Shown: positions 37,270 to 49,419, numbered from the whole stretch's first letter. The stretch: 62,669 nucleotides of DNA, filler included, from Octopus bimaculoides (GCF_001194135.2; 7 parts of 6 records of this genome joined end to end with filler, not necessarily neighbours in it); one strand, 5' to 3'. Program-made: numbers and translations. Notes: generated by a model from the sequence alone, not told the origin.

Positions 37270-37279
37270 NNNNNNNNNN

Positions 37280-37700
37280 GAGTGAGAGAGCAGTGCATGT
37301 CATCAAAGTGACACTGGGGTAAAATAAGCCCTGTATACCCATCATGACTACCCGTCTGATAAGGGTACACCAGGCACAAGCATCACAACCATATGTGCGC
37401 GACATGGTGATTTCATATCAAGATAAACAGCGTATGACTTCGTGGGTGGGGGCCTAGTTAGAATGTTCTTTAGATCGAGTGGCCTATCCCGCTCAAAAGG
37501 TCCCTGAATAAGGTTTGTTTTAAGGATGTTGAGCAAAACACCTATGTTTCCAAAGGTGAATTACTCAAACCCCAAAGCATTCCTCTCAACACATGGCTAT
37601 GATGCTCCCCCACTACTTCTGCTCATGATCAGAGATGCACTTATCATCAATCACCAAGGGACATGCTCAACTGGTAAAAGTCAAACAACTGACAAGCAAA
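37280..37700 (-). mobile_element. Non-autonomous retroposon-like repeat ending in an (AAT)n tail
   Basis: GC-richer block whose minus-strand 3' end (...GCTCTCTCACTC) abuts (ATT)n; no coding capacity recognised. Confidence 0.55.
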
Positions 37701-37999
37701 TCTGTGATATTAAGCAGAATATTTGCTATAGCCCATCTTTTTATACCAAGACAAAACAATGTACATGATAACACTTCCAATCAATTAAGATCAGAAGCTA
37801 TGAGAGCCAAATCAAAACGTTATGGTCAAGCGGCTAAGAAACAAAGCTGCGTTATTGAGCAGAAAATCTGTTGCAGTCTATCTTTTTCACTGTCTCAAAA
37901 CAGGCATATGTTATCACTCCCAATCATTAGGATCAGGAGACATGAGAACTACCTCGTATTACATGATGGCATTTCTTGTTGTTGTAGTCATCATCTTAC

Positions 38000-38354
38000 T
38001 CCTCCTCCTTCTTCTTCTTCTTCTTCTTCTTCTTCTTCTTCTTCTTCTTCTTCTTCTACATATTCTGCTTCTCATTTGGCTCACGTTCGGTTTTATTTCT
38101 GGTAGGATTTATGTGGGCAGCGGGTTACCACCCGTGAACTTAGGTATCCATAAGTTTTCTGCAGTGTTTCAAGTACTTAGACCACTCATAATCATTGCTG
38201 TTCCAAAAAGACAAACTTTCTGTGGAAGTTCTACCGTGCATTCTATTTCAATCTTCTTCAGCCATTTCTCTATATCTTTCCTTACGGTTCCCAACGCTCC
38301 AGTTATTATATATACGACATTTACGGCAGCAGCAGCAGCAGAAGCAGCAACAAA

Positions 38355-38424
<70 letters not shown>

Positions 38425-38524
38425 ATAGTAAGGCGAAGAAAATCGAACATTTTAGTATATTTACTACTACTACTACTACTACTACTACTACCACTACTAC
38501 TACAACTACTACTATTACTACTAT

Positions 38525-38587
<63 letters not shown>

Positions 38588-38590
38588 AAT
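38000..38590. repeat. (CTT)n, (GCA)n-(GTA)n and (CTA)n microsatellites
   Basis: Visible; explains the 256-aa poly-L/A/V ORF. Confidence 0.95.
38100..38312 (-). mobile_element. R4/Dong-type LINE 3' fragment (RLE C-terminus)
   Basis: IITGALGTVRKDIEKWLKKIEIECTVELPQKVCLFGTA matches the GALG...QK..L.GTA end of this clade. Confidence 0.8.
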
Positions 38591-39124
38591 AGCTGCAACG
38601 ACATGCGTTTTTATCATCATTCTCATTATCATTATTAACAATATTAGATTACCAAAAAAACATTCGTTTGACAATGTTTGGACAATACTGCTGGTAATAG
38701 TGCTTATTAATTCCCTTCGGGCCTCCATTTAACTGCGGTTACTCCCAGTTGCATAAAACAGAGCATTTATTTGAAGGAGAATATTGATAAACGAGAGGTG
38801 TCAACGAACTGAACAAACAAATGACAAATTATATCAATAAACGGCTTCGAAATTGAATTTTAAACTAAATGAAAAACAACTACAAATGTTTAGAAGGAAA
38901 TGCGTTTATACATGTTTAGTTTAGAAGAATCTGATCCCATGCAATATTATAGTCATGGAAATAAAATAAGATTGAGAAGATTTTTAATTTAGCCATGGAT
39001 TTTATGATTTGCCCACTCGAAGAACATGAATGGGTGTATTGTAGCACGTGTACTTTTAAGGCTACAAGTTAAATGCAGCAGGAAAAGTTTTAACAGATTT
39101 TATAATAGTTGATATCCATTTAAT

Positions 39125-39513
39125 GTGGAGGCGCAATGGCCCAGTGGTTCGGGCTGTGGACTCGCGGTCATAGAATCGCGGTTTCAATTCTGATACCGGG
39201 CATTGAGAGTGTTTATTGAGCGAAAACACCTAAAAAGCTCCACGAGGCTCCAGCAGGGGGGGGGCGAGCCCTGCTGTACTCTTTCATCACAACTTCCTCT
39301 CACTCTTACTTCTTGTTTCTGTTGTGCCTGTAATTCAAAGGGTCAGCCTTGTCACACTGTGTCACGCTGAATATCCTCGAGAACTACGTTAAGGGTACAT
39401 GTGTCTGTGGAGTACTCAGCCACTTGCACGTTAATTTCACGAGCAAGCTGTTCCGTTGATCGGTTTAACTGGAACCCTCGACGTCGTAAGCGACGGAATG
39501 CCAACAACAACAA
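39125..39513 (+). mobile_element. SINE family A, full length, 11-bp TSD
   Basis: Flanked by ATCCATTTAAT (39114-39124) and ATTCATTTAAT (39514-39524). Confidence 0.95.
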
Positions 39514-39580
39514 ATTCATTTAATATGAAATTGGTGAATTGGCAGATTTATGTGACTCTCGAAGAGAATGTGGTTCAATA

Positions 39581-40741
39581 TCATTTCAGAAGTCGTATGC
39601 CCTGGCTTCTATTCCTGTCGATATCAACATTGTTCTTCATCTTCCTCTTAATCGTAGAATAAAGTTTCAGTAGCGGTTCCTCGTATTTCGTTTTCTTTGG
39701 GAAAATTAGCTCTTCCCATACGGAGATATTCTGTCACACATAAATTCGCAATGCACGCAGTAAGAGATGATAGCATCTCTGTGATACACCTGGTGTTTTG
39801 CGTATAATACAAGCGGGACACATTAAGTTCATTCATAGTCGTACTTTCCAGATTAGAATACGTTTTATGCTATGAGGAAAAGGTTGTATAATGGGGTTTT
39901 CAGATCCGTGTAATAGTGTTTAACTGATGCAAATAATGTCTGTAACTTTCTTTGTGAAAGTGAATGCATTAAACGTGAAGATATATTCATAACGCCACAG
40001 TTGCCATTTTAATTATTTTAAAACAAATTAATTTTACTATATTTATTTACAGAGGTGCTTTAACATAATCGTTGGAGTATTTAATAAAATGCCTAGTGAT
40101 AGTACTTCTGAGACCTTACAATCTTTGTTAAAATTTCGCTGTTTAAATTCGTGTTTCATATTACTAGTATCGAAGAAATCTATACTGCAAAGTATTAAGT
40201 TATCACAATCAACTACTTCCATTCCTCTTAAAATTTCTGGCCATGTGTCTGAGTTGGAAACCATTATTGAATGAAGGAAATAATTAGAGCGTGCACAAAT
40301 GTTGCAGGATTTTCTAGATAGACACATTCGATGGATTTCAACTTAAGCTTCATCTACTCAAATTGATGCCTTTCAGATAAGCATAATTTCAAAGGAATGA
40401 ATTCCCCAATATTATGTTAGGCAGAAACATTATTATACAAGCTGTTTATCTTAAGTGTATATAGTGGATAAATTAAAATAAAAGCGGATAGAGGAGTTTT
40501 TATCAAATTGTATTGGCTGAATATAGTCTATAGCTTCCTTGTTCAGAAGAAAAGAAACGACAGCTGCATAAGTATGGATGAGTAAAAATGTAAAACTTGG
40601 AGTATAGTTGTAATGTGTTGATATGTTAGTTTTGCAAATAAGCCTGATAATTATGTTCTTCATGCAATCTACTTGTCTGGTATAAATACAATCGGTATGT
40701 TTCCAATAGAGCGAATCAACAATATAGTAGGGACACAGCAC
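39581..40741 (-). pseudogene. Possible decayed TIR-domain (TLR-like) sequence
   Basis: In order on the minus strand: Cys-rich plus hydrophobic ORF, SAFILIY, PLKLCLSER, LILCSIDFFDTSNMKHEF, LIFPKK..EEPLLKLYSTI; interrupted by stops and frame changes. Confidence 0.35.
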
Positions 40742-41605
40742 TTAGTCCCTATGAACAGACAGCATTATAATTTGAGTGCATCTATATACTTATTGTATAC
40801 TAGACGCTGCTACCATCGGAATTAATAATAAAATTTAAATGGTCACAAACATTGTGAATTTGAAGATATTAGTCGAGTTCTATTTACTTATAGTGACGAC
40901 GGAATTAGAGAATACATGTTTGATGCTTATATATGTTTATTCTACAATTGGTCATCATGCTGACATTGGATGCTATGGTTGATGCATGTACGTAATGATG
41001 TACATGATGTATAGTGGGCTAGTTGTAACTACGTCTATATATATAAAATTAAAAATGCGTGTCTCTCTATCTGTCTGCCGGCATGTATGTATGTGTGTAT
41101 GTATGTATGTATGCATCATAAAAACTCGAGAACTACCCAACCGATTTCATTCAAATTTTACAGGCATTAGTTAGGGTCCATGCAGTCTCATGTGCCCAAA
41201 AACATTCTCAACTTCTTCCCTAATCTCTTATTGCATACTCTTTTTCAGTATTACATGACAAAAGTGAAAAATTAACATCCCTCATGGTATGTGAGATACA
41301 TTCAGTTTTAATATTTTCACAATAAATACTGAAACTATTATCTCACTTACATATATACATGCAGACGTACATACACACACACACACACACACATACACAC
41401 ACACACATGCATACACACACACACACACACACACACATGCACACACACACATATATATATATATGATGTATATATCAATATATAGATATGCACATATATA
41501 CCAATGCATATATAGATGTAATACATCCTTTTGTTATTTACACCACCTGTACTCGTCTGTTGTTTTTTCGTACATTCTCCCACATATATAGATGTATATG
41601 TATAA

Positions 41606-41639
<34 letters not shown>

Positions 41640-41683
41640 NNNNNNNNNNNNNNNNNNNNNNNNNNNNNNNNNNNNNNNNNNNN

Positions 41684-41695
41684 TTAATTAATTAA
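41684..41695. other. Artificial scaffold linker
   Basis: N44-TTAATTAATTAA-N44. Confidence 0.95.
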
Positions 41696-41804
41696 NNNNN
41701 NNNNNNNNNNNNNNNNNNNNNNNNNNNNNNNNNNNNNNNGAGGGTGTCATAGAATTGGTCTTTCAGACCATCTGGTAGCCCAGGTTGAGGTGCATAGGCT
41801 GAGG

Positions 41805-43515
41805 GTCATAAAGTCGGGGACCAAAAATTGCACACAGTCCATTAAGTCGGGGACGCAAAATGGAACACTGGCCATAAAATCGGTGACTAAATATTGAACG
41901 CTGGCCATAAAGTCGGGGAGCAAGAATTGAACGCTGGCCAAAAAGTCGGTGTCCAAACATTTGCACACTGGCCATAAAGTCGGGGCCAAAATTTGCACAC
42001 TGGCTATAAAGACGGGGACCAAACATTGCATACTGTCAATAAAGTCGGGAACCAAAAATTAAACACTGGCCATAAGGTGGGGGACCAATAACTAAACACT
42101 GGCCATAAAGTCGGGGACCAAATATTTGCACACTGGCCAAAAAGTCGGTGTCGAAACATTTGCACACGGGCTATAAAGTCAGGGACCAAAATTTGCACAC
42201 TGGCCATAATGTCGGGGACCAAAATTTGCACACTGGCCNNNNNNNNNNNNNNNNNNNNNNNNNNNNNNNNNNNNNNNNNNNNNNNNNNNNNNNNNNNNNN
42301 NNNNNNNNNNNNNNNNNNNNNNNNNNNNNNNNNNNNNNNNNNNNNNNNNNNNNNNNNNNNNNNNNNNNNNNNNNNNNNNNNNNNNNNNNNNNNNNNNNNN
42401 NNNNNNNNNNNNNNNNNNNNNNNNNNNNNNNNNNNNNNNNNNNNNNNNNNNNNNNNNNNNNNNNNNNNNNNNNNNNNNNNNNNNNNNNNNNNNNNNNNNN
42501 NNNNNNNNNNNNNNNNNNNNNNNNNNNNNNNNNNNNNNNNNNNNNNNNNNNNNNNNNNNNNNNNNNNNNNNNNCCAAAATTTGCACACTGGCCATAATGT
42601 CGGGGACCAAAATTTGCACACTGGCCATAAATTCGGGGACCAAAAGTTGAACACTGGCCATAAAATTGGGGACCAAATGTTGAACACTGGCCATAAAGTC
42701 GGGGACCAAAAATTGCACACTGGCTATTAAGTCGGGGACTGAAAATTGAACACTGGCCATAAAGACGGGGACCAAACATATGCACACTGGCCATAAAGTC
42801 GGGGACCAAAATATGTACACTGGCCATTAAGTCGAGCACCAAAAATTGAAAACTGCCAATAAAGTCGGGGACCAAAAATTAAACACTGGCCATAAAATGG
42901 GGGAACAATAACTGAAAACTGGCCATAAAGTCGGGGTCGAAACATTTGCACAATGGCCATAAAGTCGGGGACCAAAATGTAAACACCGGCATTAAAGTCG
43001 GGGACCAAAAATTGAACACTGCCAATAAAGTCGGGGACTAAAAATTGAACGCTGGCCATAAAGTCGGGGTCGAAACATTTGCACACTGGCCATAAAGTCG
43101 GGTTCCAAATATTTGTGCACTGGCCAAAAAGTCGGGGACAAATATTGAACGCTGGCCATAAAGTCGGGGACCAAATGTTGAACACTGGTCATAAACTCGG
43201 AGTCGAATCATTCGCACACTGGCCATAAAGTCGGGGTCCAAATACTTGCACACTGGCCAAAAAGTCGGTGTCCAAACATTTGCACACGGGCCATAAAAAT
43301 CTGGTACCAAAGATTGGACACTGGCCATAAAGTCGGTGACCAAACATATGCACACTGGCCATAAAACCGGGGACAAAACTTTGCACACTGGCCTTAAAGT
43401 CGAGGACCAAAAATTGAAAACTGCCAATAAAGTCGGGGACCAAATGTTGAACACTGGCTATAAAGTCGGGGACGAAAAATTGCACACTGGCCATTAAGTC
43501 GGGGACCAAAAAGTC
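41805..43515 (+). repeat. 33-bp minisatellite, left arm (CACACTGGCCATAAAGTCGGGGACCAAAAATTG)n
   Basis: GGCC at 42590, 42623, 42656, 42689 gives a 33-bp period; 11-aa periodic ORFs. Confidence 0.97.
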
Positions 43516-43518
43516 AGC

Positions 43519-44648
43519 GACTTTTATGGCCAGTGTGCGAGTTTTTGTACCCGTCATTATGGCCAGTCTTCAATTTTTGGTCCCCGACTTCATGGTCAGT
43601 GTTCAATTTTTGGTCTCCGTCTTTATGGCCAGTGTGCAATTATTCGTCCCCGACTTTATGGCCAGTGTGCGATTTTTTGGTCCCCGACTACATGGCAAGT
43701 GTACGATTTTTGGTCCCCGACTTTATGGCCAGTTTTAAAATTTTGGTCCCCAAATTCATAGCCAGTGTTCAATTTTTGGTCCCTCGTCCTTATGGCCAGT
43801 GTGCAATTATTGGTCCCCGACTTTGTGGACAGTGATTGATTTTTGGTCCCCGACTTTATGGCCAGTGTTCAACTTTTGGTACCCGACTTTATGGCCAGTG
43901 TGCGAATTTTGTTCCCCGACTTTATGGCCAGTGTACAATGTTCGGTCCCCGTCTTTATGGACGGTGTGCAATTTTTGTTCCCCGACTTTATGGCCAGTAT
44001 GCGAATTTTGGTCCCCGATTTTATGGCTAGTGTTCAATTTTTGGTCCCCGACTTTATGGTCAGTGTTCAAAATTTTGGTCCCCGACTTTATGGCCAGTGT
44101 GCAATTATTCGTCCCCGACTTTATCGCCAGTGTTGAATTTCTGGTCCCCGACTTTATGGCCAGTGTACAATGTTCGGTCCCCGTCCTTATAGACGGTGTG
44201 CAATTTTTGGTCCCCGACTTTATGGCCAGTGTGCGATTTTTGGTTCCCGTCTTTATGGCCAGTGTGCAATATTTGGTCCCCGACTTTATGACCAGTGTGC
44301 GATTTTTGGTCCCCGTCTTTATGGCCAGTGTGCAATATCTGGTCCCCGACTTTATGGCCAGTGTGCGATTTTTGGTCCCCCATTTTATGACCAGTGTTCA
44401 ATTATAGGTCCCCGACTTTATGGCCAGTGTACAATGTTCGGTCTCCGTCTTTATGGCCGGTGTGCAATTTTTGGTCCCCGACTTTATGGCCAGTGTGCAA
44501 TTTTTGGTCCCCGTTTTTATGGCCAGTGTGCAATTATTCGTCCCCGACTTTATGCCCAGTGTTCAGTTTTTGGTCCCCGTCTTTATGGCCAGTGTTCAAT
44601 TATTCGTCCCCGACTTTGTGGCCAATGTCCGATTTTTTTGTCCCCGAC
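43519..44648 (-). repeat. 33-bp minisatellite, right arm (inverted), running into a ~950-N gap
   Basis: Units read ATGGCCAGTGTGCAATTTTTGGTCCCCGACTTT, the reverse complement of the left arm. Confidence 0.97.
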
Positions 44649-45599
44649 NNNNNNNNNNNNNNNNNNNNNNNNNNNNNNNNNNNNNNNNNNNNNNNNNNNN
44701 NNNNNNNNNNNNNNNNNNNNNNNNNNNNNNNNNNNNNNNNNNNNNNNNNNNNNNNNNNNNNNNNNNNNNNNNNNNNNNNNNNNNNNNNNNNNNNNNNNNN
44801 NNNNNNNNNNNNNNNNNNNNNNNNNNNNNNNNNNNNNNNNNNNNNNNNNNNNNNNNNNNNNNNNNNNNNNNNNNNNNNNNNNNNNNNNNNNNNNNNNNNN
44901 NNNNNNNNNNNNNNNNNNNNNNNNNNNNNNNNNNNNNNNNNNNNNNNNNNNNNNNNNNNNNNNNNNNNNNNNNNNNNNNNNNNNNNNNNNNNNNNNNNNN
45001 NNNNNNNNNNNNNNNNNNNNNNNNNNNNNNNNNNNNNNNNNNNNNNNNNNNNNNNNNNNNNNNNNNNNNNNNNNNNNNNNNNNNNNNNNNNNNNNNNNNN
45101 NNNNNNNNNNNNNNNNNNNNNNNNNNNNNNNNNNNNNNNNNNNNNNNNNNNNNNNNNNNNNNNNNNNNNNNNNNNNNNNNNNNNNNNNNNNNNNNNNNNN
45201 NNNNNNNNNNNNNNNNNNNNNNNNNNNNNNNNNNNNNNNNNNNNNNNNNNNNNNNNNNNNNNNNNNNNNNNNNNNNNNNNNNNNNNNNNNNNNNNNNNNN
45301 NNNNNNNNNNNNNNNNNNNNNNNNNNNNNNNNNNNNNNNNNNNNNNNNNNNNNNNNNNNNNNNNNNNNNNNNNNNNNNNNNNNNNNNNNNNNNNNNNNNN
45401 NNNNNNNNNNNNNNNNNNNNNNNNNNNNNNNNNNNNNNNNNNNNNNNNNNNNNNNNNNNNNNNNNNNNNNNNNNNNNNNNNNNNNNNNNNNNNNNNNNNN
45501 NNNNNNNNNNNNNNNNNNNNNNNNNNNNNNNNNNNNNNNNNNNNNNNNNNNNNNNNNNNNNNNNNNNNNNNNNNNNNNNNNNNNNNNNNNNNNNNNNNA

Positions 45600-45742
45600 A
45601 TCTATTTACAATTGAGTGGACTGCAGCAATATGAAATGAGGTGTTTTGTTCAAGAATACAATGTACTGCTCAGTATGGGAATTGAACCCACAATCTAGTC
45701 ACTGTGAGTGCAACACCCTAACCACTAGGTCACACGCCTTCA
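45600..45742 (-). mobile_element. tRNA-derived SINE head fragment
   Basis: GGGAATTGAACCCAC...AACACCCTAACCACTAGGTCACAC is the reverse complement of A- and B-boxes. Confidence 0.6.
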
Positions 45743-46089
45743 CACACACACACACACACACACACATGTATACATATGCATATATATAGAAGTATATATG
45801 TATGCATATGCATGTATGGCAATCATTTTTATGTCTGTTTTCCATGCTAGCATGGGTTAGATGTATATATATTTGATGATTTTTATTTACTTCTGGATCC
45901 CATTCATAACCCTTACCTATTGCTCAAGTAAGGGATCTCTTATTCTAATGGTTTATTCATTAACAGGGAAAACGATAACAATCTAATCGCTCATAGCTAA
46001 GAAATTGTCCGAGACAGCAAATGTAAACACACGAAGTATTGAGTAGAAGCTGTAATTAAGGCGAAAGTGAGAGAATGTTTTGGTTCTGT

Positions 46090-46165
46090 CTGAAGTCCGG
46101 ACGGACGGAAGCGCAGATGGGAGCATGCGCAATGGTGAGCGGAAGTGATCAGACGGCAGTTGGTT
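46090..46165 (+). promoter_or_regulatory. Candidate CpG-rich promoter
   Basis: Clustered CGGAAGCG (46106-46113), GCATGCGCA (46123-46131, NRF-1-like) and GCGGAAGTG (46139-46147, ETS), just upstream of a strong splice donor. Confidence 0.6.
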
Positions 46166-46229
46166 ATGATGGAATTAAGACGTGTTTGCAACGAAGAGAA
46201 GAAAACCTTCCCCTCCAGATTGTTGACAG
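46166..46229 (+). CDS. Candidate first coding exon (MMELRRVCNEEKKTFPSRLLT-G), phase 1
   Basis: ATG at 46166; donor ACAG|GTAAGA at 46229/46230; phase matches the Ig exon at 52034. Confidence 0.45.
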
Positions 46230-46869
46230 GTAAGAAGAAAAGCTCATTTCTCCTTGTTTTTGTAATGTCAACCCTCCTGTTTCTTAATTTTCCCTTTATA
46301 CCACAACACACACACGCTTTTGTGAGAAGCAGAGTAATGTTTATAATCGGTATATAACTTATACTGAAAAAACAAAAAAACAGAAAGAGACACTCAACCC
46401 TTTAATTTCTTCTGACTCTCCTCCCATTTCGTTTAATCTCACTTGACGCAGAAATACCCGAAGTCATCCAGTTATATTGTTTTGTTTGCAACGTCCTGTA
46501 CCCAGATATGCATATATATATATATATACAGGTAGATGAGGGTATGTACATGTATATATGCATATATATATGCATATACTTGCCTATTCCCCTTCTATAG
46601 TTGATTAATTTTTTCCTTCCCAGTATTTACAGCTAAGGCTACCTCGCATCACCAACTGCTTAGCCATAGATCTGACCGTCTCCTTATGAGCATGTGTTTT
46701 GTCATTTATTATTATTTCTCAGCAAACACCCTATACTTCGGTTTTACACTGATTAACGCTAACATAAGGATACTAATATATAACAGGGTAATGATATTTC
46801 TTTTATCATGTTTATGCTCTTCGCTTTAAATCAGTGTGGTATTAATCGTATTATTTTTTTATAGCCTTA

Positions 46870-47570
46870 AACAAAACACGTGTGTGTTTTTGGGTACATA
46901 CATGCATACGTGTGTTTGTGAGTGCATGCGAGAGTGGGCGTGTGTGAATGGGTACTTGTGTGTGTGTATGTGTTAGTATGTTTATGGGTGTATACTTATG
47001 CATACATACAAGTGTGTGCAAATATATACAAATGTGTGTACGTGTGGGTATGTGCATGCGTGCATATGTAGTAAGTGCGTGTGTGAGTATTGGCACGTCT
47101 GTATATATACAGGAATGTATGTATATAGACAGGCAAGCAAGTTAAGGCGCGCGTGTGTGAGCACATGTATTGGCGAAAGTCTCGATATGTGGTGTGTGTG
47201 TGGGGGGTGCTTGTGTTTGTGTGTATGTACGGGCATGTGTGTAGGAGCGTAGGTGTATGTTTGTATATGTGCATATATATATGTATATACATGTATAAAT
47301 GTAGGCGCATATGGCGGTGTACATGCATATATACATGCATGCATGTGTGTGTGCGTGTATACGTATGTATGAGTGTGCAGGTGTGGATACTTGCATGTTT
47401 GTACATATACAGGAAAGTAGGTATGGATACAGGCACGTATGTATAGGCGAGCGCGTGTGTGTGTACATATGTGCATGTGGAGGTTTCTGTGTGGGGGTGT
47501 GTATGTGGGCATGTGGATATGTACACATGGGTATGCGCATATGTATGTATGTGTGTGTGTGCGTACACGC
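46870..47570. repeat. Degenerate (GT/AT)n low-complexity tract
   Basis: Visible; explains the HT/YI/CV-rich ORFs. Confidence 0.9.
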
Positions 47571-47838
47571 ACGTTTTTGTAAATAGGTGTCTGCACGCTA
47601 GCAGACGCATATGTAAACACTCACTTTAATTACCTCCCCTCACCCACCCGAATGACTCCTTGACCACAACCTTTAGCATCACATCAGAGACACCCTCCCT
47701 TTATATTTCTATGTAAACTGGCTTTCTTATGCCTCTAAAGCCCATGGAATAATATCGGTGACCCCGTCGTAACTCTATGTAAACAAACCTTCTGNNNNNN
47801 NNNNNNNNNNNNNNNNNNNNNNNNNNNNNNNNNNNNNN

Positions 47839-47850
47839 TTAATTAATTAA
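47839..47850. other. Artificial scaffold linker
   Basis: N44-TTAATTAATTAA-N44. Confidence 0.95.
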
Positions 47851-47920
47851 NNNNNNNNNNNNNNNNNNNNNNNNNNNNNNNNNNNNNNNNNNNNTATATA
47901 TACAGAGAGAGAGAGAAAGA

Positions 47921-48076
47921 GACGACAGGCTTCTTTCAGTTTTCGTCTACCAAATCCACTCACACGGTTTTGGTCGGCCCGAGGCTTTAGTAGAAGACAC
48001 ATGCCCAAGGTGCTACGCAGTGGGACTGAACCCGGAACCATGTGGTTGGTAAGCAAACTACTTACCACACAGCTAG
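47921..48076 (-). mobile_element. SINE family B, 5' half
   Basis: Reverse complement of the 7660 copy. Confidence 0.9.
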
Positions 48077-48164
48077 ACACACATATATATATGCATGTGT
48101 GTGTATGTGTGTGAGTGAGTGAGTGTGTATGTGTGTGTGTATATGCATTTGTATATATACATCT

Positions 48165-48360
48165 GTGTCTTTGTATCTGACAACTGGAGTTGTGCTTACA
48201 TCCCCTAATCTAACAGTTCGGGAAAAACAGATAGAATAAGTACCAGGCTTTAAAAAAAAAATTAAGTACAGGGGCCTATTCATTCGACTTAAGTTCTTCA
48301 ACGTGGTGCTCGAGCATGGCCACAGTTTTATGACTGAAACAAGTAAAAGATAAAAGATAA
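48165..48360 (+). mobile_element. SINE family B, 3' half
   Basis: GATAGAATAAGTACCAGGCTT...GCATGGCCACAG...ATGACTGAAACAAGTAAAAG. Confidence 0.8.
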
Positions 48361-49277
48361 ATGTTTGGAAAATATAATCCTTGAAATGATGCGTTGCGAA
48401 GCTACACCTATAAATAATGGCTATGAAAAATATTTAGATAAAATAGTGATAAATAAGTAATGTTTGTTCCCACTTCAACGTGGCTGTTCCGTACGGAAAT
48501 TATCTTAATAATACTAAAACTTCTTTTTTTTATGCGTATTTATTTTCATACTTATCTTCGGCAGTACACGTTTTTGTGATATTTGGACCGCTATTTATGA
48601 ATGAGAACGATTAAACACACAAAAAAAAACAAGGCTTCCGTGACGTCAACACACATACACACATACAGAATGCACACACATATAATGAATGTCATGGTAT
48701 GTCAATCAACACAAACACACGTCCGCTATCTGTGACATATACTCCCACATAATCTTCACGCATTCTAAGAAAAGAAAAAACGTCGACTTTTTGACGTACA
48801 CAACATTTTAATCATTTAGAAAGATTTTTAACTGAATGTGATTTCAAAAATGTAAGTTATTTGTTTAGTAAGTATTTATATTTTAGCTTTCTTTAAACAG
48901 ACAATGTTTCTTTTTAATTATTTTCAAATGAATGGTAATATTTCGCTTGTCATCCAGAGTTCGTTAATTTCCGTAAAAGATTTTTTATTTATTTACTTTT
49001 TGTTTTAAAGTGAAAGAGAGGAGAAAGTGAAAGATGTATGCACGTGTTTATGAAATGGACGTATGTGTGTGAAAGAGAGACAGAGAGAGGAAGAGAGGAG
49101 AGAGAGAGAGAAAAAGAGAGAGTGAGTGAAGGGGTGTGTTGTCATGTATACACATACATACATCAATACATATCCGTACATCTTTTTTGTATGTACGTGT
49201 GCATGTGCGTGTGGGAGAGAGAGAAAGAGTGAGTGAGTGAACGTGTGTGATCTCATGTATATGTAAGTGCCACACTA

Positions 49278-49309
<32 letters not shown>

Positions 49310-49310
49310 A

Positions 49311-49363
<53 letters not shown>

Positions 49364-49407
49364 NNNNNNNNNNNNNNNNNNNNNNNNNNNNNNNNNNNNN
49401 NNNNNNN

Positions 49408-49419
49408 TTAATTAATTAA
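49408..49419. other. Artificial scaffold linker
   Basis: N44-TTAATTAATTAA-N44. Confidence 0.95.

Noticed and set aside
43807-44401. (HTGHKVGDQKL)n as C2H2 zinc-finger linkers
   Set aside because: The period is 11 aa rather than 28, and there are no CxxC/HxxxH pairs; the resemblance to HTGEK is coincidental.
41805-44648. CRISPR-like array (repeated ~33-bp units)
   Set aside because: The units are contiguous with no unique spacers, there are no cas genes, and the context is eukaryotic.
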